Below, in pieces: positions 18,476 through 29,677 of a DNA stretch of 64,000 nucleotides. The position numbers were made by a program, and so were the translations under genes. The DNA is taken from positions 558,001 through 622,000 of the forward strand of contig NW_026935164.1 of assembly GCF_032062105.1 (NCBI RefSeq), in the 5' to 3' direction. Origin of the DNA: Saccostrea cucullata. Taxonomy: Eukaryota. The notes below the pieces were generated by a model. That model was not told where the DNA came from. It did no database searches and saw only the letters and a program-made list of their open reading frames with translations. Each line of letters begins with the position of its first letter. The stretch's first letter is position 1.

Positions 18476-21400
18476 GAAATAGGTTTTTGACGTTTGGGGA
18501 AGTTTAGGTTTTTTTTTTCTTTTTTGCTTGCCAAGAAATTTCTGGCATTGGATTTTTTTTTGACTGGGGTGGACCCCCCCTGGAAAAAATTTCTGGATCC
18601 GCACCTGTTTGGGGAGAATAAAGAAGCATACATTTTTTAAATTGGAAAATTCAAATTCGAGAAACATTTCGTGATGGGAGGGAAACGGGACTATTTGTCA
18701 ATCATCTCTCTCTCTCTCTGGTCGAAAAAGAGATCCTGTCCTTGTATTAAAAATTCCGTATTGAATTAATGGAAAAGGATTTTTCTGTGGTTGGGATTAG
18801 TGGAGGGGGGAGAGGGGGGTCAGCTGAGGTCTCCATCCTCCCGGTACTATGTGTCTGAAATAACTTATGCTGAGCTTATAAATATAGATTTATTTGCTGT
18901 GTTTTATTTTCGCAATGTCCATAATAATGAAGCTAGATCCTTTGTACTGTATTGTATTGGTTTACATACATTCTGACAGACATTTTTCATACTGATTGTG
19001 AGGCTTAGGCCATTCAGTATTTGCAAACTTAATTGTCGACTGATTTTTCCGATATTTATCGATCATGCCAAGGAGCACACGACGGGTGTGACCGGTTGGC
19101 AGGGGATGCTCACTCACTCCTCCATGGCACCTGATCCCACCTCAGATGTTTTAGAGGTCCGTGTTTGCTCTGCTCTTGCTTTGTATTGTTCAAATAGACC
19201 TTTGAACATAAACACTGTTCGTTATCCCCATATATTCCATGCATATGATTTGTTCATCGGCAAATGTATCATTAATGAGAAATTTCATAGCGATTTTGGT
19301 ATGAAGGAAATGTTGAATACATGTATTTTTTTTATTTATTCCAAAAGGCGTTCATCTCAGACAATATCCACTCAAGAGCGTGCGACAGCCAGACAACGCC
19401 AAAGTGATCACGATCGGTCGGACCAGCTTCCTGATCACGGCGGACGAGGGGCGGACCACGGATTTTACCTCTGCACATGACGGATTCGCTTGGTCCGATC
19501 ACAGCTTGGCAGATGTTTTAACCAGACGTAAAACAATTTACTGCATGCTTTAGTCTACTTTTGATTGTACATTTGTTGTTCAGTAGACAAATTAAATGTT
19601 AAATACTGCACAATGTACATGTATGATACAAGTTAGAAGTTTTATTATTACTAACTACTGTCTGTAGATCTAAATGTACATGTATTACGTTTTCTTTGAG
19701 CTAGCTTAAACTTTATATTACAAAACAAGCCCCTGTGAAAATTTTCAAGATTGTTCGAATGTCATGATTGAACAACATTAAAAAAGGTTGACAAGGACTT
19801 GAACTATAAAGCCAGAGAACTTTTTTCAGTCCTAGGTTTTTAATAAAGAATTGACAATGATTTCATTTCAGAGAATAAGTTTGATACCACAGTCATCAAT
19901 AATGACACATTTATAGAGGCTCTTAAAATGGACAATAAAGCGGGTAAGTAATTTCAATTTCATTTGAAGATTTCTTTAAAATGGACCAAGCACCGCTGCC
20001 ATTTATGTCTTTGTTTGTTGGAACCACAGGGGAAAGGGGGGGGGGCTCATAAATTTCAAGTGCCCAAATTGGTTTTTCTTAAAACACGTATACCTCTCTC
20101 TATATATATAATCTTATTTGAGTTTTATTGTATAGTACAAATTGGCAAAATTGGGGGAGGGGGCAACGATAGATTTTCTTATTTTTACTGAATTATGAAG
20201 TATATGCATGCAAATAGGCAGAATTATAAGGGGAACCCCCTCTCCTCGTTCCTGCCGACCTTGTCTAAGAATTCATTCTGTGCTTATAGGTAGACTAACA
20301 TTGAGCACGATTGACGGTCTGAATCTTTTTACGGGGAAAATGGATGAAGTCAATCACTTTGGTGGTCGAGGATTTTCCGTTTGGAAGGCTTCAGATTTGT
20401 CGCTAGTGTTCGACTCTGGTGATGAAATAGAGAAAGAGCTGGCCAACTCTATCAAAACTGTCTTCAATACAGACTGTATTAAAAACACAATAACCTACCA
20501 GAGTCCAGAAAATTTAAGAGACACACAGTCCGATAATTATGTAAGTTGTAAATTTATTAATTTTTTTTCTCTGTGATTAGCTTTGATATTTGTGGGCAGC
20601 AAACACCCAGTATTTTCTATACGATTTAACTTGATATCAAGAAAATTCGGTAATCAACAAATACTTCATCCTCATACATGTAAAAATGACTGACATTTTT
20701 TTAAATTCGTTTGAAAAGTTCTTAAAATGTTCAATGTTACTTGAGGTTTAATAAAACATGAGGCAGGATCATATGCTGCTGTTGACCGGTCCCATCCTCC
20801 ATGTGCGCCTTTAGCCTTGTCATGATTGGGTAAATGAAACAAAAACTTGTTGTGACAATATAATGACCTAGCAGTCTGTTTGAAACGCCAGTCAATATTC
20901 AATTCAATGATAAATATTTAATATTGCTGATAAGGTCTTTATATTGACCATAGAATTGTGAAATATTGACGTTAAATGAGACTGTTAATATCCTTGTTTC
21001 ATCAACTTATTTGATAATAGCTTGCCTCATTCAGAAAACATGCTCTTGCATGTCGAATCAACAGGGAGAGATAAACTCCATATGCAGGTGATAATGAAAA
21101 AAAGCTTCATAAATGAGAAAAAGCTGACAATTTGAGAAGTTGTAATGCATTTAATTATAATCACACTATGGGTTTACACCACTTAACAGTCTCTCCCCCC
21201 CCCCCCTCCATTTTCACTAACTGATTTTGCTTCCTGGCCTGCAAATATTTACAAATAATGGATCTTGTTTGTATTATTGTATTTTCAGGGTCCAAAAGTA
21301 GGTTCCTTAGATTACATTAAGGACTATGACCAGGAGTATATTGTAGTGGGCAGTGAAACAACAGGTACTATATTTGTCTACTCCGTGAATTCCACATCTG

Positions 21401-21804
21401 GTAAACCAAAGCCTCAGTTTGAAACGGCTTATAGGACCGGGGACACCGATTATGTGTGGAGTGAGCTGTATGAGATGGGGACCGCAGGGGATGCTGGACT
21501 CTCGGCTGTAGGGTTAGTATTTACTGTAGCATTTTGTGACTGTGATTGTATACACTGTAGAACTTGATTTCAACAATCATTATGTAGAAAAGGATAAAAA
21601 TAGAAAAAGATACTTCCACTTCCTTCTGAAATAATTATTGAACAGGGACTTTATCTTAATAAAATTGGTGGTGATAATATTAAAAAAAAAAATTTATATT
21701 TCAGATTTATCGGCCGAGATGACAATCCTCTAAACAGAACCTTGATTTATGCCATAGGAGAGTACTCAGGATCTGTGACCTTATTTCAGATAGAAAACTT
21801 GTAG
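13623..21804 (+). CDS. MSP130-like (mesenchyme-specific cell surface glycoprotein; choice-of-anchor I / alkaline-phosphatase-associated beta-propeller family) secreted protein, 10 coding exons, ~562 aa
   Basis: Exons 13623-13803, 14026-14262, 14380-14569, 14707-14845, 17998-18112, 19348-19527, 19872-19943, 20290-20540, 21289-21512, 21705-21804 are in frame (1689 nt). Signal peptide plus motifs GAAEEAAYD, PDMLTFT, IANEG, DPEGSVTVI, PEYIAVS, LQRNNAVA, DPSDRDGG, QPD, ITADEG, FGGRGFSVW, VFDSGDEIE. Confidence 0.88.
15857..16087. mobile_element. G/C-run-rich MITE with 5-bp TSD
   Basis: caggcgcgtaacc...ggatccacgcatg; TSD tcatg (15852-15856, 16088-16092). Confidence 0.75.
16219..17548. mobile_element. 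IS3EU-like MITE (TATGG termini, 6-bp TSD), outer copy
   Basis: TIR tatggcacgccaaattcacaaaaatgag; TSD cacagg (16213-16218, 17549-17554); internal aaactatagttt repeats. Confidence 0.82.
16647..17279. mobile_element. IS3EU-like MITE, inner copy of the same family
   Basis: Same TIRs; TSD gttcac (16641-16646, 17280-17285). Confidence 0.85.
18201..18607. mobile_element. G/C-run-rich MITE with 5-bp TSD, containing a ~65-nt poly(C) tract
   Basis: catgcgcggatc...ggatccgcacctg; TSD tttgg (18196-18200, 18608-18612); related to 15857-16087 in opposite orientation. Confidence 0.78.
19080..19230 (+). mobile_element. Probable Penelope-like retroelement terminal fragment
   Basis: gggtgtgaccggttggcaggggatgctcact...ggcacctgatcccacct resembles a common bivalve Penelope-associated repeat (recognised from memory only). 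Confidence 0.45.
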
Positions 21805-21945
21805 CAATGTAAACAATAACTCAGCAATTACACTGTTCCACTGTATATATGATAAACAGTTCATTTTCATTAATGTTCACATCTTAATTGTCATTTTGAA
21901 ACCCTGTGAGCTAAAATAAAGACTAATTTTTGCTCTTGTTTTTCT

Positions 21946-23267
21946 TCAACTGTCATCCCCAATTTCTCCTGTATCTGTGTCCATGTATTTCTCGCGAACG
22001 TCTTTGATTTTCTCATATTCAAACTCTGCCTGAACAGCACAGGACATCATGGATTGAATGTCTCTTTCTTCTAGATCCCCAAACACATAACCATTGGCTT
22101 TGTCCACCTGTCTCATCACTCGCAGCATTGATTCTTTGTCCTGTTAAAAATAAAATCTTTAAAAATTGTCTGTTTGCTCTTTCCTAATTGAGTGACTAAA
22201 ACTGATCCGACTCAGACTTTTTTTTCACTTCTACACAATGAATATTATTTTTATTTATTCTTGAGTATTCCCATCCCATCAAATTAATTAATCTTAATTT
22301 TGACAATTTTGTTCTTTTTTGGAGCAAATTGATTTTTAACATAAAAACATGTGAAAAAATCGAGAGAGGGATGTTACAACAAACAAACGTTATTCTGTTG
22401 TTGATCTTTACCTCTACATTGAGTGGAACAAATGAGACTAGACTGTAGTCTTGTACAAGGTCTATCAGAGCTGAATTTAACTTCTTATACTTCTGCAGTG
22501 ATTTGTCCGCCTACAAAACAATGTTAAGTGTTAACATATAATAGAAGTGTTCTTGAAAATAATAGTATTTATAAAGAATATTATAATTAGATGTAAACTT
22601 AATTAATTTTTCCAAAAAAAGTAAACAAAATAGCTATATTGTATCACTGTGTATCACTAACTTTAAATTCATCCAACAGATAGCCAAGTTCCAACACATC
22701 TGTATAAAAATCCAGGTTAAATGAGAGCTTTCCAAATTTCTCTATCAAGTCACATTTTGACAGAACATTAACATGTGGAAGTTCTAGCTGTAGCATTGTG
22801 GACAGAGAAGTTAATAACACTGAGATGAACTTTGATGGATCACTGCAATAATGAGAATCAACAAGATGTACAGCCACGAGGCGATAGTCCCACTTCTGTA
22901 ACTGAGCTAGTATATTGCGAACACATTTGTAATGAGTGTATAATTCAACTTGTCCTGGGAAATCAAACAACAAGTACTTGTTTTTAAGTTTTGCGAGCTC
23001 GTTCTGAAGCCAGTCAATGTTTTGCTCCAAGTATTCCATGCAATAGATAAGACCACCATTAGGTCCAAGTTTTAAGGAGTCCATGACATCAGAAAGGGTA
23101 ATTAAGGTCGATATATCGACGTCACATTTGTAGGGAAGATGGTCATTAGCAGGATCTAGGTTGATGACTGCCACCTCTCTTCCAAAGGCTGATAAAAACT
23201 CGGACATGCCATGACAATAGGTGGTTTTGCCCGATCCTGGGGGCCCGATGACTACTTGTCCAAACAT
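21946..23267 (-). CDS. GPN2: GPN-loop GTPase 2, 3 exons, 299 aa
   Basis: Exons 23267-22662, 22510-22412, 22140-21946; [53 protein letters not shown]. Confidence 0.95.
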
Positions 23268-23633
23268 TGTGTTACGCTTCTTAACACACAAGTATGTTTT
23301 ATGCCTATATCATTCCTGACTTACATACAAACTACCAAAAATCCAAGACCTAGTCAAGTTGCCAAATGCTTTCCATGAAAGTGAAAGTACATTGTAATAT
23401 GCGAAACGTAAACGATAACTTTATTTCCGGAAGAAAAAACGACAACCCTCCCACAGATGTATAACAGTATGAGGCCTTATGATAAGGCTACCATTAGATC
23501 TAAGTATAAATATCTCTAGTAAAGAATTTTTGAAAGTTTATATATAACTTTCAGTTTAGAATGTGTTTTGATTTCCCACTTTAAAAAATTGTAAATATGA
23601 AAACGAAAGTAACGTGTTAGGCAGCGAGCTGAG
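23268..23633. promoter_or_regulatory. Bidirectional promoter GPN2 / LINS1
   Basis: Divergent ATGs 366 bp apart; palindromic ETS-type ttccggaag at ~23425. Confidence 0.65.
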
Positions 23634-26450
23634 ATGGAGTCGTCAGTGACACCCACGTTTGTGTCATGTCCAGAGCTCGAAGTTTCTGAGATTGTCAAAA
23701 GTTGGTTGTTGTCAAAAAACTACCAGGACAATCTTAAAGATAAACTGAAATGTATTAACAGTGCAAGTAAATTGACTGAAAAGTATAAATCCTCAATTTG
23801 TTTTGAAACCCTGGGACCTGTTGTGCATATCACGGTGAGTAATATCAGTGATGTACTTGGGTATATACCCCTGGTACGTATATATAAGTTTCTGTTAATA
23901 TTCTTTGTAGAAAACTATCTATGCAAAATGATAACGATATTATTTTTTAATAAAACAAATAATTAATATCATTTAAAAGTTAATATTAGTTTATTTTTTA
24001 TTGAATAAGTTAACTAATGTACACAACCAATCCAACCAGACATTGATCATGTTTATAATAATTAATTTAACCATCTTAATTTATTTATTTACAGAGAGAA
24101 GCACTCTCAGATGAAGATCCTTTTGTGCGTTATTCAGCAGCTATAGCATTGGGAGACATCTTAAATCACTTTGATAATACAGATTTCACTCAAGTGATCA
24201 ATGACATGATCTCAACCATGTCAACAATGCAGTGTGGACGGAGAGTGAGCATTCTTGACTTACTGTGGCATCATCTCTCCAAGTCTGAGAGTAAAGAGAA
24301 CTGTCTTGTATCCGTGACAGTCCTAGGGCAGCAATGGACATACCTGTGTGAACTGTGTCTTTTTGACAGTCTTGTCGTAAAGCATGAATGTTCTTCTTTC
24401 CTCATCAAACAAACCTCTGAAAAGGTTGTCATGCACTGTGAATTTCTCAGCTTATGGAAAAGAATGATAAAAACATGCGTTAACAGCAAACAAGAACAAA
24501 TCATTGACTTTTTGAAACCAATTTTTAAGTTGATATCAGTGGTCAGACCCAAGGTTCTAGAAAATAGATTGACATTTCGGGCTGTGTTGAAATTCATTTA
24601 TGTTGCTGTAAAAAATATTGCCGAGATTTCTGAATTTGAGGGTGCCTCAAAAGACATAAGCATTCAGCTTGCAAAAACTTTAGTGGATTGCTTTAGTTCT
24701 GAATGGTTCGAAGACTTTCCATGTGATTTTAAAGATGGATTTGGAGGAGAATTAACAATAAATTCAAACAAGCAACAAAGCTTCCTAATTTGTAGAATAG
24801 TTGGAAACATCTGTGTTAAGCTGGTGTCATTTGTACTAGGACTAGGTGAATTCATTTTTTTCTGAAAGGCACATGAAAATTTATTTATCATTGTATATCA
24901 ATTAACTTAAGATCCATGTAAAAATATATTTTTAATACATTGTACATGTTTTCTATTTTACAGATATAGATTCTGGTAGCAGAAATTTAGCATCAATTCT
25001 CAGAGTCTTAATTTCTCTAGATACCTGGATGGGTAGAACTTCACCACAAAATCATTTTCTCTGGGTTCCGGCTGTTTATTCAGAACAAGATGATGCATGG
25101 ATTAATATTTTAATGACATTGTTGGAAATATACATCAACATGAAATCCAGGTATGTTAAACAGAATACTTGTAAAAGTGAAATAAAAACCAAACCCAAAA
25201 TTTCACTTTTAAATTTTCTAAAAGAGTAAGCTAATTTGTAAGTTTTTTGGGGGGGATTACTACAGTTGAGGAGTGATGTTGTGGCATCTAATCTTCACAA
25301 GGGTTGTCAACTCAAATATTTTGTTAGCAGTTACTCATCTGTTTTTCTGGTGAAGTACTCAAGTATTGGTCATTATTCAAGAAAAAGATCAAAATTTAAA
25401 CTCGTCTTCACTATTGTACAGTGAAACTTGTCTAAACTGGATGCTGTAATCCGAAATCTTGTCTAATATGGCAGAAGCTTTAAGTTGTTTTTAATGAAAT
25501 GTTGTATATAAATTATTTTCTACATTGCATAATTGTATAAATTTGTGACCCAAATGCCAACATAAGTATATTAAACCTGGAATGAAAGAAAAAGACAAAA
25601 TCCCTCTAATTTTAGCATACATGTATGTGATTTCATGATCAAACATGACATATTTTTGTCAATCTGATTAAAATCAAATCCTTTGATCCGCTCCCGTAGA
25701 TCGCTACACAAACCCTTTTGTGTAGCGATCTACGGGAGCGGATCAAAGGATTTGATTTTAATCAGATTGTATTTTTGTGTTTGAAGATTACAAGATGAGG
25801 AAGCCTGCACTGTGATTCAGGATGCATTAGATATGATCCAACCCCACAAACAATTTTTACTGTTTTTGGACACCACTGGATTTGATGACACCCTGATTGT
25901 GGACCTCCTGATATCACCAGAGACCTGTTTCCTTACGTACTTTACTAAGTACCTAAGGCTGGTCTCTTCTGAATGGACAGAATTTGTTACCACACACTCT
26001 GAGTACACTGTAAGTACTTCAGTGAACAGATTCAGCAATAAGGAAAAGGTACACTTAGAGGAAGAATTATCTGACGGAGATGAAGACACATTATCTGTTC
26101 ATAAAGAACTTGATACTGTAAAACATTCTGGCCCAGAACCTAAAATATCTGATGGACTAACGTTACTTCATCAGTATGGGGATGATGAGGAGGAGGAGGA
26201 AATTGCTGATGAAGATGAAGAGGATACCAGTATGGGAAAAACTCCTATCCACAGCGTAATTGATCATTCTATAGATTCTCAATTTGATGTTTTCCCCACA
26301 CAAAGCAATAAGTGTTTGGAAGAAACAATGTCTGTGTTAATTAGAGTTAGATTTAAAATAAAGAAATACCAGGATTCCAGTATATTACCATATGATCCTA
26401 CAGTTTTAATTCATTTAATAGAGGAAGTGGAAGAAATATATGAACAGTAA
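23634..26450 (+). CDS. LINS1: Protein Lines homolog, 4 exons, ~613 aa
   Basis: Exons 23634-23873, 24095-24845, 24964-25150, 25787-26450 (1842 nt). Lines motifs EQDDAW, PHKQFLLFLDTTGFDDTLIVDLLISPETCFLTYFTKYLR and C-terminal LPYDPTVLIHLIEEVE. Confidence 0.85.
25660..25769. mobile_element. 110-bp perfect hairpin MITE with 9-bp TSD
   Basis: Two perfect 53-bp arms around a ccct loop; TSD tatttttgt (25651-25659, 25770-25778). Confidence 0.9.
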
Positions 26451-27218
26451 ATACTGCTATCATTGAGAAATACAGAAAAAGATACAATGTATGTAATTTT
26501 ATGAAGATTGTTTATGCACATCACTGTTTTTACTTTGATAGAAGTCTGTGCCGATTTTCTTGAAAACTGAAAAACAAATTAAAAAGGAGTTTTTAAATTT
26601 TACTTCTGAATCATAATTTTATATGACTGGACCTCTTTTTATTTATTGTTTTGACTTTCTCCAAAAAACTACGGAGCCAGTATTAATTAAACGTGCCACA
26701 AAGCATAACAAAGATCAGGATATTGAATTTCTTCTAGTCTAGAGGTCATTCCCATTTTCAAGGCAAGATAATTAGTGAATATATTTCAAAGTATAATCTT
26801 TTTACAATCTTACATTGAATTTGTAAACTTTGAATCAAGATTCTGGATAAACAAGTTGAAAAGGCATTATAGGTCACCTGAAAACCTGACCCAGTGACCA
26901 TGAAATTCACAATTTTGGAGGAGACACCCTTGCTCATCATAGTTATGAATTAAGTTTGCTTGCCTAATACCCAGGGGCAGATTTTTTAAAAAGAATTATT
27001 GCATCATTGCATTTTCACTATACCTTTAACAGCCCCCCCCCCCCCCCGAACCCATGGGGCCATGTCAGTTTCATATTTTTGCCCATTTCAGCTGGTCAGA
27101 CAGAGACAATGCAGACAAAGTGTCTTGTCAAACTGAAAGTATCCATAAGGGGATTTAACCAGAGACCATTGGTTAATGACAAAACACTTATGACTACTGA
27201 ACCATGTGCTCCACTTAT

Positions 27219-27628
27219 TAGGGATGTGCGATTTTATCAGTATACCAGTATATCGCGATTTTTTGTTGCGTGATACGTATCGTGATACGGAGACCTAAAT
27301 AATGGTCTTTAGGTACATATTATAAAGTCCAGAAATTATTCATTTATTTGTTCAATCTTTCAAATTACAATTACAGAAAGTATAAAAAATGTTGTAAAAT
27401 TAGTGAAAAGAACGGCATTTCACCGTCCAAACATCATTGATTTTATATACATAAAAATTTCAAGAAAGTAAAATTTTGTTTTTCTAGCATATTTTTTAGA
27501 AAAATAATGACTTTTCATAGAAAATCATTGTAAAAACTGCTTTTAAAAATATCACGATATTATCGTGATATTGTGGGAAAAAATCATGATATATCATGAC
27601 ACGAAGTTTTTGGAAATACCCATCCCTA
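27219..27628. mobile_element. hAT MITE
   Basis: tagggatg...catcccta termini; 8-bp TSD ccacttat/ccacttgt; internal atcgtgat repeats. Confidence 0.75.
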
Positions 27629-29677
27629 CCACTTGTGACTACTGAGTCATGTGCTAGACTATCTCTAGATAAGGATTGCTTAAAATATGTATGTCAAATT
27701 TAGTCCCAATTTGGATTTTCATTCACATACCCATCCATCATGAAGGGATTTTTGACTGACATGAGAGTTTTAGTCTATGGGCATCTTATGTTTGCCTCAT
27801 TGGCTGAATGTCTACCCTGATAATTAAATGAAATATGCATCAATTTTTCCAATGTGATTTAGTTCTTAAGTATTGTGAAGAATTCATTCGTACAAAATCT
27901 TTCTAATTCCCTTTCTAGATGTAACATCTTTGCAAGCCAAGGGTGACTATCACCACCCTTGGCTAGCAAAGATGTGCACATATGGGCTTGTACAAATTTA
28001 TCTTGAATTTGAAACCTTGTCCCTTTCTTAATATCCTGTAATAATTCTGTCCAAAATTCGTGGTCTACAAAGACTTGACATGGAAGTATTAACATCACAG
28101 TGAGCTTGTACATCACTTCTTCTCAAGATTAAATAAATTTACTGGTATAGTTGAACAGCAGCTATTTCAAGTTCAGTACATAAGAATGATATTTCACAAT
28201 GCATGTTAACCACTCATAATCATCTGGAGTTAAATTGGGAAAAAACAATCTGTACATTTGTCATACCAAGAAATAAAATGACCCTTCAATTACATTGTGC
28301 AGATGAATTAAAACTGAATAAAAATAGTAAACAGAGCATTGAGAATCTTTATTGGTTCTTTTATTCACAACATGTATATAGCTGATACTTAGAATATAAG
28401 AGATACATCTCTGTTTACAGGTTTATCATCTGACCTAGTTTATAACTTGAGTTCTACATCTTAAAGTGTCGACACCTCAAAGGCACCACTCACTCATAGT
28501 AATGGAAATATCACAGACATCCAGGATCATCTTGTCATGCTCAGACAGATGACATTTCATAAAACAAAAAATTGTAAACTTTATAGATATTTGTTGATTC
28601 AAAAGCACTTAAAACACAAGTCTATATACAGATGAAACTAGAGATTGGAATATTCTGTCTCAGCGTTTAGTCCTTTTGCACATACCGGTACCAATTCACA
28701 GTACACATACCACTTTCATCTCTTTGAAAAAAAATATTAACTTACAACAACTGTACAAGTTCCACAAAAATTAATAAGCAAATAATAACTGCAATTATTA
28801 AAGGGACATGACTCACTAGGTAGCTAAGTAGCATGAAACAAATGAATGAAATGTTCAATTTTTAAGATACATGTACAGACAAAAAATTGTTGCATGTATT
28901 GCATATATGTATATGGCACTAAGAAAAAATGTGTTTGTTTCCAAAAATTAACAGCTAAAATCTAATTAAGTTACCTGTAACATATAAATGTGTATAAATT
29001 GTATGTATTATGTATTCGCTGGAAGAAATGCTTCTTCAAGTTAAAAAAATTGTTATTTTTATTATTATTATTACTCAATATCTAAACAAAATATGCATGT
29101 ATTGGAGATTCGTCATGTAGGAACATGGAATAACTAATGAGTGACATATGTTCAAACATGTACAAATGACATAAACATTTCAACAGAAAAAAATGACATA
29201 AACATTTCAGCAGAAAAAAATATCACAAGAGACAAACTTTCCTCTTACAGCATTCACACAAACATCAACATTACATAGTCATATTCTCAAAAATCCTTTT
29301 TAAAATCTTAAGAAAACTAATTAATAGAGGATTCAAACAAGTCTAGAACAGATATTTATTCACTTAGAACACATATCACCCATTCATAAATGCATATTTA
29401 AATGCAGAGTTATGAATGAAGTAGTGATGGGCTTAGTACAGCTGCAGAACTGTAGCGTTATGGTTTTATATATTATTCTACCTTTCCCTACACTTGGTAG
29501 TGATTAACATTTTCAGCTCTTCAATTATTCTATTAAACAATCTTTCAAATAAAACTCACATACAATGATAAAAAGGAAACAAAACATTGTAAATGTTTCC
29601 ACACTTTCGTTTGAGCACCAGATATTATTTTGTTCAGGAGTATTTTGGAAAATTTCTATGACTTTGTCTCTTTTCTC

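Noticed and set aside
18253-18667. Poly-Gly/poly-Pro ORFs
   Set aside because: Translation artefacts of the poly(C) tract inside a MITE; the homopolymer length may itself be an assembly error.
27859-28116. 85-aa ORF on the minus strand
   Set aside because: No recognisable domain or splice partners; probably a chance ORF overlapping the hairpin.
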